64,000 nucleotides of DNA from an uncultured virus (IMG/VR IMGVR_UViG_3300018023_000193) (IMGVR_UViG_3300018023_000193), one strand, 5' to 3'; positions 1 to 9,785 are shown, counted from the first letter of the stretch. Translations and numbers: made by a program. The notes: a model not told the origin generated them from the letters alone.

Positions 1-7
1 AGATGAT

Positions 8-250
8 ATGGCCTTGATGGCTGAAGGATATTATCTATTTAAACCTATTCCAGATTGGGTAACGGAAAGATTGTCACAAGAGGGATTAGATAAACCTATG
101 ATTCCAAGATTTTTTTGTTGGCCTCCTGTAACTGCCAAAGCGATGTATATTAAACGGTTTTTAGAATTAAATGGTGTGAAACTATCAATAGCCACTGATG
201 AAGATTTCTTACAAATGGAGAGAATGAATGGCGCGTCCAAAGAAAATTAA
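8..250 (+). CDS. hypothetical protein (probably 5'-truncated by window edge)
   Basis: ORF overlapping uvsX start; no recognised motif. Confidence 0.5.
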   Translation: MALMAEGYYLFKPIPDWVTERLSQEGLDKPMIPRFFCWPPVTAKAMYIKRFLELNGVKLSIATDEDFLQMERMNGASKEN

Positions 251-1472
251 AGCAGCAAACAAAATTCAACGGGTAAAGAAACCAAGAGCACCTAAACCTG
301 TAAGAGAAAAGAAGGTACGGGAAAAGAAAGTAAAGCAAACGGCCAATATCGCCTTTTTTGAAAAGATAGCCAAAGCAACAGGAAATGACCTTGCTCAAGC
401 GGCTTCAAATGGAATTATATCAGGCGATGTAACGGGTTGGATTGATACGGGTGTATATCTATTGAACGCTCAATGGAGTGGTTCATTATTTGGTGGAGCA
501 CCTAACAACAAGATTGTTGTTTTCGCAGGACCATCTGCTACAGGTAAGACCTATTTCATTTTAGCATTGGTTAAACATTTCTTGGATACGCACCCGGGAT
601 CGGGGATCATGTTCTTTGAAACTGAAGGTGCGATTACAAAAGATATGATGGTGTCAAGAGGAATTGATGTATCTCGTGTATATGTGATTCCTATCGAAAC
701 GGTTCAAGAATTCCGGACTCAATCACTTAAGATGTTGCGCGTAGTGAAAGAAACAAAACCTTCAGAGCGGCAAGAATTGATGTTTGTATGCGACTCTTTG
801 GGAAATCTTTCTACACAGAAAGAAATGGAAGATGCTGAATCGGGTAGTGAGAAACAAGATATGACCAGAACCCGGTTGATTAAATCAGCATTCAGAACTA
901 TTACATTGAAAATGGGTTTATTAAATATTCCATTCTTTATTACGAATCATGTATATAAGACTCAAGATCTATTTTCTCACACAGTCCAATCGGGTGGCAG
1001 TGGGCCACAATATGCCAATTCGCTTTCAGTATTCTTGAGTAAGAGTAAAGATAAAGAAGGAACTGAAGTAGTTGGAGTTATTTTACACTGTAAGTTAGAA
1101 AAGGGCCGCTTGACGAAAGAGAATACATTGATTGATGTATCTCTGGATTATGCGGGCGGATTAGATAAGTATTATGGATTACTGGAACTTGGATTGAAGT
1201 ATGAACTATTCAAGAGAGTAAAAGAGAAGAAAGAGAAAACAGCAACAGAAGGATTTGCGAAACTGAAAGAAGGTAAAGAGAAAGCAAAGAAGGGTGGTAA
1301 AATTAGAATTGGTGATAAGGTAGCAACTGAAAAACAGATCGAAGCAAACCCAGAGGTATATTTTACCGATGAAGTGCTGAAGGCGCTTGATGTATTTGCC
1401 GGTAAAGAATTCAATTATGGTATGACGGTTGAAATGCCGGAGGAAGTAGCGAGTGAGGTTGAGGAAGATTAA
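228..1472 (+). CDS. uvsX: UvsX RecA-like recombinase
   Basis: Walker A GPSATGKT, DTG..LN motif, Walker B region DSLGNL, TNHVY, SGGSG; upstream of gp41 as in T4-like phages. Confidence 0.95.
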   Translation: MARPKKIKAANKIQRVKKPRAPKPVREKKVREKKVKQTANIAFFEKIAKATGNDLAQAASNGIISGDVTGWIDTGVYLLNAQWSGSLFGGAPNNKIVVFAGPSATGKTYFILALVKHFLDTHPGSGIMFFETEGAITKDMMVSRGIDVSRVYVIPIETVQEFRTQSLKMLRVVKETKPSERQELMFVCDSLGNLSTQKEMEDAESGSEKQDMTRTRLIKSAFRTITLKMGLLNIPFFITNHVYKTQDLFSHTVQSGGSGPQYANSLSVFLSKSKDKEGTEVVGVILHCKLEKGRLTKENTLIDVSLDYAGGLDKYYGLLELGLKYELFKRVKEKKEKTATEGFAKLKEGKEKAKKGGKIRIGDKVATEKQIEANPEVYFTDEVLKALDVFAGKEFNYGMTVEMPEEVASEVEED

Positions 1473-1547
1473 GAATTGTTTGACTTTTTGAATTGAAATG
1501 AAAGGTGGTTTAAGTATATAATGGATTGATGTGACGAAAAATATTTT

Positions 1548-2084
1548 ATGACTATAGATGATTTTGTTAATGGATTATTTGATTTAAAATATGATAAACA
1601 TCCTGGAGTAGCAACAAAGAAATATTTAATAAAATGTGATGCTGACTTTATAGAACAACCAAAAGGTAGTCAAAATTTTCCAGATTTTGATCCTGTTGAA
1701 AATATTTTTAAAGAAGGAAAATGCTGTTTTCGGATAGAAGAAAAATCAAATAAAAAACATGGGATCCATGTAAAACCAATGTATAACGGTCATTTTGTAA
1801 AAAAAGAAGATGACGCATTATATACTTATATAACTCCAGATTTTTCTGTTGCTTTTTTGGGAGAACATATTAGTAAAATTGATGATTATATTATTTGGTT
1901 GGAATATATAAAGAAATCTAAAAAACTTGTTAATGAATTTATTCCAAAATTTGGAGGTTTATTAGTACCTTATTTTCGAGCGACAGTGACACATAAAAAG
2001 GGAATTGAATTTTGTTATGGAGAGTTGAACAATGAGGTTATTAAAAAAGATTTGCATAAATATTTGTATGGGCACATTATATAA
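1548..2084 (+). CDS. hypothetical protein
   Basis: 178-aa ORF overlapping the methyltransferase start; no motif recognised. Confidence 0.6.
   Translation: MTIDDFVNGLFDLKYDKHPGVATKKYLIKCDADFIEQPKGSQNFPDFDPVENIFKEGKCCFRIEEKSNKKHGIHVKPMYNGHFVKKEDDALYTYITPDFSVAFLGEHISKIDDYIIWLEYIKKSKKLVNEFIPKFGGLLVPYFRATVTHKKGIEFCYGELNNEVIKKDLHKYLYGHII
2055..2062 (+). promoter_or_regulatory. T4-type late promoter variant (CATAAATA)
   Basis: CATAAATA 5 nt before ATG 2068. Confidence 0.45.
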
Positions 2085-2814
2085 CGAAGATTGTTTTAAA
2101 AGTTTTACCAAAATAGAAAAACATTCTGTGGATTTGGTTTTGATTGATCTTCCATATGGTACAACTGCATGTCCTTGGGATTCTATTTTACCTTTGGATA
2201 AATTGTGGAAAGAATTGAAATTAGTAGCCAAGTCAAATGCGGCATATGTTTTTACAGCACAACAACCTTTTACAACTACGCTTATCAATAGTAATTTGAA
2301 ATGGTTTAAATATTGTTTAGTTTGGCAAAAACCTAATGGTACAAGTCCATATCAAGCCAAATATATGCCAATGAAGTGCCACGAAGATGTTGTGGTATTT
2401 TATGATAAACAACCGACATATAATCCTCAAATGAGAGAAGGAAAACCATATAAATGGAATAGTAAGCGTTCTGGTGGGGAAGCGGGATCAATAAAACAAA
2501 CTAAAGAAACTCCTATTGATAATGAAGGAACCAGATATCCCATATCAGTTTTAGAATTTTCACAAGATCGTGGATTACACCCAACTCAAAAACCCGTGGC
2601 CTTAATGGAATATTTAATTAACACATATTCAAATCCTGGTGATATGGTATTAGATTGTTGTATGGGATCTGGTACTACTGGCGTCGCGTGTGTGAATACC
2701 AATAGAAAATTTACAGGTATAGAGAAGGATAAGAAAATTTATATTGGTGCCGATAAACGCATAAAACAAGCCATTAAGGATAAACCTATAGATATAGACA
2801 AATTCTTCAAGTAG
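2068..2814 (+). CDS. N6-adenine/N4-cytosine DNA methyltransferase (beta class)
   Basis: Motif IV DLPY near N-terminus, HPTQKP, motif I LDCCMGSGTT near C-terminus; start placed at ATG 2068 (MGTLYNEDC). Confidence 0.93.
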   Translation: MGTLYNEDCFKSFTKIEKHSVDLVLIDLPYGTTACPWDSILPLDKLWKELKLVAKSNAAYVFTAQQPFTTTLINSNLKWFKYCLVWQKPNGTSPYQAKYMPMKCHEDVVVFYDKQPTYNPQMREGKPYKWNSKRSGGEAGSIKQTKETPIDNEGTRYPISVLEFSQDRGLHPTQKPVALMEYLINTYSNPGDMVLDCCMGSGTTGVACVNTNRKFTGIEKDKKIYIGADKRIKQAIKDKPIDIDKFFK

Positions 2815-2815
2815 G

Positions 2816-2845
2816 TTGCTATCCACGCGCCCTTTGTGTTATAAT
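2816..2845 (+). promoter_or_regulatory. sigma70-type promoter
   Basis: TTGCTA-18-TATAAT with TGn; near-identical flanks to the promoter at 32965. Confidence 0.7.
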
Positions 2846-2851
2846 GGTGTT

Positions 2852-3139
2852 ATGAGAAAAGAATTGAAGAAGTTTAAACTTGAGAAAGCCTTCCATGAAT
2901 GCGGAGTATCTAAACTAAAACCATTTAATGGTGCTGGTGTAGATTTCTATTATGAGCCATTTGAACAAGTGGAACAAAATATGCGCAGAGAAGATATGAT
3001 GAAGAAATTAACTTCTCCACAACAAAATTTTGTAAAATCTTTAATGGGAGGTGTTTCTATAAAAGAATTGGGTTTGGATAAAGATAAATTAGGATTTATG
3101 GTGAAACAAATTCAAAACGAATTACATACAACGGAGTAA
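2852..3139 (+). CDS. hypothetical protein
   Basis: ATG just downstream of promoter; 95 aa. Confidence 0.65.
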   Translation: MRKELKKFKLEKAFHECGVSKLKPFNGAGVDFYYEPFEQVEQNMRREDMMKKLTSPQQNFVKSLMGGVSIKELGLDKDKLGFMVKQIQNELHTTE

Positions 3140-3141
3140 AT

Positions 3142-3450
3142 ATGAAAAAGAAACCAGTAAAAGAAAATTGGAAGTTAGTGGGCCATATTGGTGTAGATTC
3201 AGGAATGTGTTGGATAGGTGATCCATGTTATATTGGTGATGGATTACCAGAATTGGATGTTAGTAATGAAAAAGGCCCATATATGAAAAGTTTCAACTAT
3301 GAAGCGGGCCATGAAGGATTAGGAGTTTGTGTTTCTACAGGATATGGTGATGGATTTTATCCGGTTCATGCTTTACTTGAAAAAGATGTTTCAGGTAAAG
3401 GAAATAGAATTGCTATGATTGTAATTGATTTTCATTTAAATGCTGAATAA
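3142..3450 (+). CDS. DUF4241-like protein
   Basis: GVDSG..IGD and STGYGDGFYPV motifs. Confidence 0.7.
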   Translation: MKKKPVKENWKLVGHIGVDSGMCWIGDPCYIGDGLPELDVSNEKGPYMKSFNYEAGHEGLGVCVSTGYGDGFYPVHALLEKDVSGKGNRIAMIVIDFHLNAE

Positions 3451-3497
3451 ATTGTGAAAGGTGCCTATATAATGTCTAATGTGACCTATGATATGAC

Positions 3498-4085
3498 ATG
3501 GTGGAAAATTATATTGAGAAGGGTGTAAATTGGCAGATGTATGTGAATAACAATTATACATTAGATCCATTGATCTATAATACCAATAAAGGTCATTTCC
3601 TGAAAGCAGATGAATTAGAACATAGTATTGCTGATTTTAGTAACGGAAAGATCCAGTTTAAAGATGAACAAGGACGAGATCTTTATGTTCCTAAATTTGA
3701 TTTATATGTTGAAGTGAAATACAGTTCTCATGCTTTATATGGTAAGACTGGTTGGAGAGAATGTATTAAGGGAATCCAGTTAATGAAGTTCCGTGGGAAT
3801 AATCATTACAATGTTTTGCCTGAAGACTATTCCCAATTTATTATGGTACTTGAGGAACAGTGTGGTATTCTGGTAAATAAAGATGCTGCTAAAAAATATA
3901 TTGTAGATGCTGACGATGGTTTATATCTCAAAAAGTTTCCTATTGAGAAGTCCTATAAATTATTCGGCCCGTTGGCTCCATCAATATCAGAACACCAAAA
4001 AGATAAAATAATCCAAGAAAACCGCCACGATATGGAGAAATGCCGTATTAATTGGCGTGCAAGACTTGCGAGGTGTAGTAAATGA
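3498..4085 (+). CDS. putative PD-(D/E)xK restriction-endonuclease-fold protein
   Basis: GRD-x9-EVK motif (QGRDLYVPKFDLYVEVKYS). Confidence 0.5.
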   Translation: MVENYIEKGVNWQMYVNNNYTLDPLIYNTNKGHFLKADELEHSIADFSNGKIQFKDEQGRDLYVPKFDLYVEVKYSSHALYGKTGWRECIKGIQLMKFRGNNHYNVLPEDYSQFIMVLEEQCGILVNKDAAKKYIVDADDGLYLKKFPIEKSYKLFGPLAPSISEHQKDKIIQENRHDMEKCRINWRARLARCSK

Positions 4086-4408
4086 AAAGAATATTACCAG
4101 AAGGATATTATACCAATAATGAATCAAATCCTTATCTCGTAACATTAAATATGGGGCCTTATAAAGGACTTAAAATCCAGGTCGCAGAGAAAATTAAAAT
4201 TATACCTGTAAAAGAAATGGATTATAGACCAGGACAACCACAGTTTTGTTATGATTATAGAATTCTACATTATGCAGGGCATAATCCTAGAGAATGTGAA
4301 AAATCGAAAGCACTTTCTCGGATAGTAGCAGCTATAGCACTTGAATTGGTTTGCGAACAAGAAGAAGGTTGGAAATTAACTCCTCAGGAGAACAATGTCA
4401 GACACTAG
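4082..4408 (+). CDS. gp40-like (head vertex assembly chaperone-like) protein
   Basis: Directly upstream of gp41 as T4 gene 40; GPYKG..F.YDY..I..ELV pattern. Confidence 0.45.
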   Translation: MKRILPEGYYTNNESNPYLVTLNMGPYKGLKIQVAEKIKIIPVKEMDYRPGQPQFCYDYRILHYAGHNPRECEKSKALSRIVAAIALELVCEQEEGWKLTPQENNVRH

Positions 4409-5849
4409 AATAGAAACAATTATCCTCCGCCAACTATTTCATAATGAGGAATATACTCGTAAAATTATTCCTTATTTAAAAGAGGAATATTTTAAACAGA
4501 CTCACGAGAAATTAATTTTTACTCATACCGTAAATTATATTGCCGAATACAATAAACTTCCAACAATTTCAGTTATTGCTGTATCGATTGAAAAGGAAAA
4601 TGTAGTTGAAGAAACATATAAAGAAGTATTGGAAACTTTAACAGAATTGGAAGATGATAGTGAAAAATTTGAATTAGATTGGTTAATAGATGAGACCGAG
4701 AAATTCTGTAAAGATAAGGCACTTGTTTGCGCTGCTTATAGATCTGTTGCGATTTTGGAAGGGAAAGATAAAAAACTAGATTCAGGTGCGATTCCACATA
4801 TTTTTGAAAACGCTTTAGCAGTTTCATTTGATCCTTCCATTGGTCATGATTATTTTAATGATGCAGAATTCCGATATGATACATTACATGCGGATGAATA
4901 TAAATTACCTTTTGATGTTTCATATTGTAATAAGGTAACAAAAGGTGGAGTACCTTCCAAAACTCTCAATCTTTTGGTTGGTGGAATTTATGTTGGTAAA
5001 ACATTAGGTCTTTGTCATCTTGCAAAATCCTATATGTGCGCGGGAAAGAATGTTCTTTATATTACTTTAGAAGTTTCAGAAGTAAATATCAATTTGAGAA
5101 TTGATTGTAATTTATTGGATACTTCAATTGATACTATTGAAGATCTTCCGAAGGAAATTTTCTTAAAGAAGATACAAAAGGCACGTGAAAGTACTCCAGG
5201 TAAATTAGAAACTAAAGAATATCCAGCAGGTTCAATCCATGTAAATAATATTCGAGCATTATTAGGAGAATTGAAATTAAAAAAACAATTTATTCCAGAT
5301 GTTATTATCATTGATTCAATGAACTTGATGGCATCTTGCCGTATTAAAGCAAGCGATAAAACACACATTACAATTTTGGCAATTGCTGAAGAAGTAAGGG
5401 CATTAGCCCAAGAATATAATGTTCCTATTTGGAGCGCAACGCAACTTGATGCCGCTGGAATTGAATCTACAGATCCTACAATTACTCAAGTAGCTGGTAG
5501 TAAAGTTGGTTTATTAGCAACTGTTGATCTTGCATGGTTTTTAATTTGTACCGATAAATTGCGTGAATTAGGACAAATGAAGATTATTCAGCACAAGAAT
5601 AGATATAAAGATGCAAGTGAAAACAAAAGATTTTTTATTGGATTAGATCGTAAGAAATTCCGTTGGTATGATGTAGAACAACGTGGCCAAACAAGAGAAG
5701 ATGATCCCCCTGAACAAGATGAACAACAAATGAAGCGTGATGTATCCAAGAGACATGGAAGCCAACCATATGAACCTGGTTATAAAAATCTACAAACCAG
5801 GAAATTTGGGTTGCGTGGAAAGAAAACATTCTCCGATTTTAAAGTCTAA
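4395..5849 (+). CDS. gp41: replicative DnaB-like helicase gp41
   Basis: FD..IGHDY, Walker A-like GGIYVGKT, TLE, KEYP, WSATQ, KNRY. Confidence 0.92.
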   Translation: MSDTRIETIILRQLFHNEEYTRKIIPYLKEEYFKQTHEKLIFTHTVNYIAEYNKLPTISVIAVSIEKENVVEETYKEVLETLTELEDDSEKFELDWLIDETEKFCKDKALVCAAYRSVAILEGKDKKLDSGAIPHIFENALAVSFDPSIGHDYFNDAEFRYDTLHADEYKLPFDVSYCNKVTKGGVPSKTLNLLVGGIYVGKTLGLCHLAKSYMCAGKNVLYITLEVSEVNINLRIDCNLLDTSIDTIEDLPKEIFLKKIQKARESTPGKLETKEYPAGSIHVNNIRALLGELKLKKQFIPDVIIIDSMNLMASCRIKASDKTHITILAIAEEVRALAQEYNVPIWSATQLDAAGIESTDPTITQVAGSKVGLLATVDLAWFLICTDKLRELGQMKIIQHKNRYKDASENKRFFIGLDRKKFRWYDVEQRGQTREDDPPEQDEQQMKRDVSKRHGSQPYEPGYKNLQTRKFGLRGKKTFSDFKV

Positions 5850-5859
5850 ATATTAAAGA

Positions 5860-7938
5860 ATGCTAGATATTGATACTAAACTCGCAGAAATAAAAACTAA
5901 AAGTTATAATGGGTTGTTTGAAAATTTTATTAAACAACCCAGTAATGCTGGTTCCATCCTTGAAGATATAACAGAAATCCTCCAAAGAAATTTTCCTACT
6001 CCTACTAAAGAATTCGAAGATATTGGATTCGAATTTGCGAAACCTACCCAAATCAATTTTAGTAACTTATTATCTTTACAAGATGTATTATCCTATAGTA
6101 ATTTTGAACGATTGGTAAGAATCATTCAAAAAGGACAATTACGAACATCAACAAGTGGAGAAGATGCCGTTTATGTAATCCAATATCATAATCAAAAATA
6201 TATTATTGATGGAAATCATAGAATAGCTGCAATGATTTTATTTGGTAAAACAAATGTTTCTGGGAAACTTTTAGATTTAGATCATTTACCAGATAATTCT
6301 CCTGATAGATTAATTGCTGAATTTAAAAAATTAGGTGTTGTTATATCTTTTTCAGATCATCCAAGAAATGGAGAATTTTTAAAAAATGATTGTTCTATTA
6401 AAATTCTGGATATAATTTTAGGTGTTTTTAAAAAAGCTAAACAAAAAAATTTGAAATTACCTCCTGAAATTAAAGTTGATAATTCAATGGAATTATATGC
6501 TTATTATGATCATATTGATCATTTTATGGGAATTAATACAGGATTATTTTTAAATCCTACAATTACCCATTCTTATGTAATTGATAATGATAAAGAAGCT
6601 TTAATATGGCATGAATTAGGACATATTTATCATGAAAAAACACAAAGTAAAACATTTTCAAAAGAGACTTCATTTTCTCTTAAATTGAAACGAGATATAG
6701 AAGATAAAGTTAGTGAATATGCTGCGGTAAATTCTACAGAATTTGTGGCTGAAGTTTTTTGTGGGAAAATTTTTCATAAATCATTTGAAAAATGGATATT
6801 AGATTTATATAATTATATATTAGATCCAAAAACAGAAGTATTGGGTAGCCAATTTGAATTTAATAAAAAAACTCATCTTATTTCTCTTAGACTCCCAGTT
6901 TCACCTACTGCCAAATTATCTTCAGCTACCATAAAACAAATTATAACTAAATTAGGATATAAAGATGTTTTAAATGAACCTCTTATAGGTATTCCTAAAG
7001 CATTTTATATTATGGTTAAAAATAAAAAAGAAATTATTAATTTTGTTAAACCTATTTTTGATGCTTTAAGAATTTATAATCCTAAAATGAAAGAATTAGA
7101 ACATGAAGGTCCTTACTTACCAGAATATCGGTATATTGAAGTAGGAGATTTTAAAATTTTTGCAAGAATTAAAGATACAATTAAATTACCTACAATGTCT
7201 GCAGGAAGAAAAAATGAATTAGATTTTTATAATGCAATTCATGAATATTTGGAAGTATATAAAAATATTAATATTGAATTCCAAGTTAATGGACGAACAG
7301 ATTTTTTTGTTAAAAATATTACTGATATTATTGATGTAAGTACCAAAAAAACTAAAGAACGTTTAAAAAGTAATATGAATTTGGTTACGTATCGAGGTAT
7401 AGTTCCAATTTCAATCAAACAAGCTGATGCGCCTGGATGGGAATCACCAGAAACATATTGGGGAGAAATTACTCAACATGTATTTGAATATGTATTAGAT
7501 ACTTATCCAAAATTGGTGAAATTAAAAAATAAGAATGGTATATATAATTTGGATCCAGAAATAGATATTCAAACTTCTTCCCAAGAAGCTCAAGATGTAA
7601 TTTTTGGTGATGATATTTATAAACATGGTGCGGTTATTAAACAAACTTGGGAAACAAGATATTTTGATTGGGATTATAGGTTTAATACATTAATTTTAGA
7701 ATGTAAAACCATTATTCAAAATTTAAATGATGTTCCTTTTGAAGATTATCCATTTTTTCAAATTAGAAATTTTGAAAATAAAAATCCAAAATACCTATTA
7801 AAAGGATTAGGTGTATTGGCTGTAACAAAGAAAACTATAGCTAAACGCCATATTCTTTTAGAAAATCAAGAAGCACAAACTGCAAAACAATATGTTTCTC
7901 CAAATTATACATTAGAAAATATTCGTAAAGCCACTTGA
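5860..7938 (+). CDS. multidomain protein: ParB/Srx-like + HExxH zincin-like + nuclease-like C-terminal region
   Basis: IIDGNHR (~aa117), WHELGH (~aa251) with SEYA..N..EFVAE, C-terminal KSN..L..PISIK; CTAAATA late box upstream. Confidence 0.65.
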   Translation: MLDIDTKLAEIKTKSYNGLFENFIKQPSNAGSILEDITEILQRNFPTPTKEFEDIGFEFAKPTQINFSNLLSLQDVLSYSNFERLVRIIQKGQLRTSTSGEDAVYVIQYHNQKYIIDGNHRIAAMILFGKTNVSGKLLDLDHLPDNSPDRLIAEFKKLGVVISFSDHPRNGEFLKNDCSIKILDIILGVFKKAKQKNLKLPPEIKVDNSMELYAYYDHIDHFMGINTGLFLNPTITHSYVIDNDKEALIWHELGHIYHEKTQSKTFSKETSFSLKLKRDIEDKVSEYAAVNSTEFVAEVFCGKIFHKSFEKWILDLYNYILDPKTEVLGSQFEFNKKTHLISLRLPVSPTAKLSSATIKQIITKLGYKDVLNEPLIGIPKAFYIMVKNKKEIINFVKPIFDALRIYNPKMKELEHEGPYLPEYRYIEVGDFKIFARIKDTIKLPTMSAGRKNELDFYNAIHEYLEVYKNINIEFQVNGRTDFFVKNITDIIDVSTKKTKERLKSNMNLVTYRGIVPISIKQADAPGWESPETYWGEITQHVFEYVLDTYPKLVKLKNKNGIYNLDPEIDIQTSSQEAQDVIFGDDIYKHGAVIKQTWETRYFDWDYRFNTLILECKTIIQNLNDVPFEDYPFFQIRNFENKNPKYLLKGLGVLAVTKKTIAKRHILLENQEAQTAKQYVSPNYTLENIRKAT

Positions 7939-7963
7939 CATTAATGAAAAAATCTGATAATAT
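7935..7963 (+). promoter_or_regulatory. sigma70-type promoter
   Basis: TTGACA-17-TAATAT with TGn. Confidence 0.7.
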
Positions 7964-7969
7964 GTAAGT

Positions 7970-9073
7970 ATGAAGAATATTCATTTGCAGCATGTAGAAG
8001 ATTTATGTTTTACAAAAGCTGATCCATTTATTCCATTGAATATTTTGGAACAAGTATATCACTTTTTATGTGGTATAAACACTTCTAATACCAGAATATC
8101 AGTTAAATGGGATGGTGCTCCGGCTTTTATTTGTGGGAAAAATCCTGAAAATCAAAGATTTTTTGTAGGAACAAAAAGTGTATTTTCAGGGAAAATAAAT
8201 TATTGTCATGCTGATATTTTAGAAAACCATGAATCAAAAGGACTTCAAATTACTTTAATGGAACTTTATGATAGATTATGGTATTGTGATATTCCACAAA
8301 TTATTCAAGGAGATGTTCTTTGGACAAAGTACCGCACAGGTGGTGAAATTTCATTTCAACCAAATACTTTAAATTATAAAATTCCTCATCATTTCATAAT
8401 TTCGAAATATATACGGTCTTGTCAAATTGGTTGTGTATTTCATACCACATATACTGGAAATAAAATAAAAGATATGGAAGCTAATTTTGGAGCAAATGCT
8501 CCAGAAAATGCATTTCAAGAACAAATTTATTGTTTTGAACCAGAACTTCCAGAAGAAGAAATGATAGCTCCCGGAGATTGGGGAAAAATTGAAACTGCAA
8601 TTTCTTCATTACGTCATAGAGCAATTGATATTTCTAAAACTGCATTAGCTACTTTAGGATCTAATGATTTATTCCAATTGTATATTAATGATTGTATCCG
8701 AAATGATAAACTTCCATATAGTAATGAATTTCTGTCTTTTGTAATTAGGGATTATACAAAACATCAAGAAACTTTAAAAACAGAAAAAGGAAAAAATGTT
8801 GTTTTTGAAAAAATGACCAAATATATGGCCGGATTACTAGTATATTGTGGTGATATTTTCAATTATTATTTGGATTTAATGAGGTTGAAAGTAATATTGG
8901 TTCGAGAATTAGATAAATTAAATATATCTGTTAATATTTATTTACCTGATGGAACACCATGTGGCCATGAAGGGTATGTAGTAAAGTCATTGGGATATAC
9001 AATTAAATTGGTAGATCGTTATACGTTTTCCAAAGCAAATTTTAATTATGATATGGAATGGAAAAGAAAATGA
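7970..9073 (+). CDS. conserved T4-like phage protein (DUF6267-like) with KxDG ligase-type motif
   Basis: HL.H.ED, SVKWDGAPA, FFVGTKSVF, F.PNT, HEGYV, KLVDR..FS..NF. Confidence 0.8.
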   Translation: MKNIHLQHVEDLCFTKADPFIPLNILEQVYHFLCGINTSNTRISVKWDGAPAFICGKNPENQRFFVGTKSVFSGKINYCHADILENHESKGLQITLMELYDRLWYCDIPQIIQGDVLWTKYRTGGEISFQPNTLNYKIPHHFIISKYIRSCQIGCVFHTTYTGNKIKDMEANFGANAPENAFQEQIYCFEPELPEEEMIAPGDWGKIETAISSLRHRAIDISKTALATLGSNDLFQLYINDCIRNDKLPYSNEFLSFVIRDYTKHQETLKTEKGKNVVFEKMTKYMAGLLVYCGDIFNYYLDLMRLKVILVRELDKLNISVNIYLPDGTPCGHEGYVVKSLGYTIKLVDRYTFSKANFNYDMEWKRK

Positions 9074-9227
9074 AAATTGAAAAGCTCCGAAGTATGTTAC
9101 GTAGTATTGAAATATTAAGGCGCCCGTTGACAGATAATGAATATCAATTGGCTATTTGGTTGAAAAAGGTAATTGATGAGCGGGAATTTAAATTAAATGA
9201 AAAGTGGACTACATACGAGAATTAATC

Positions 9228-9785
9228 ATGAAAACTATTGTAGTCACTTATGGAAGATTCCAACCACCTACACGTGCTCATGGTGAATTATTTTGGGCAA
9301 TGCAAACTGAAGCTGATAAAATATGGAATTGTCCTGTTAGTATTTTCATTTCTCCTAAGCAAGATCATAAAAATAATCCTCTTTCTTTTCAAGCTCGTCA
9401 AGATTATTTGTGGAAATGTGGTCTTACAATTTCGAGAGGAGTAAATCCTGTAAATAATCCATTTCTTGCAGTTTGCCAATTAGGAGATGCTGGTTATGAA
9501 AGAGTAATTTTTTATTGTGGTTCAGATCAATTGAAGAAATATGAAACATGGAAACAATATATCAATCATAAAGATCCAAAGAAAAGGATTCCCGGTGTTC
9601 AAGAATTAATTTTCCGTCAATTTGGATTACCTCGTGGTCCTGTGAATGATATGAATGCCACTCAAGCACGAGAGGCCGCTAAAGCCGGTGACTTTGAGAC
9701 TTTCAATTCCATTGTATTGGGGACCAATTTGGAACAAAATAGGTCACTTTACTTGGATACCGTTTCTGGTCTCCTGGATAAGTAA
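9228..9785 (+). CDS. HIGH-superfamily nucleotidyltransferase (phage cytidylyltransferase-like)
   Basis: GRFQPPTRAH, KNNPL, GSDQ, MNATQAREAA. Confidence 0.85.
   Translation: MKTIVVTYGRFQPPTRAHGELFWAMQTEADKIWNCPVSIFISPKQDHKNNPLSFQARQDYLWKCGLTISRGVNPVNNPFLAVCQLGDAGYERVIFYCGSDQLKKYETWKQYINHKDPKKRIPGVQELIFRQFGLPRGPVNDMNATQAREAAKAGDFETFNSIVLGTNLEQNRSLYLDTVSGLLDK

Noticed and set aside
4395..5849. Intein in gp41, a common host for phage inteins
   Set aside because: Normal length with no intein blocks
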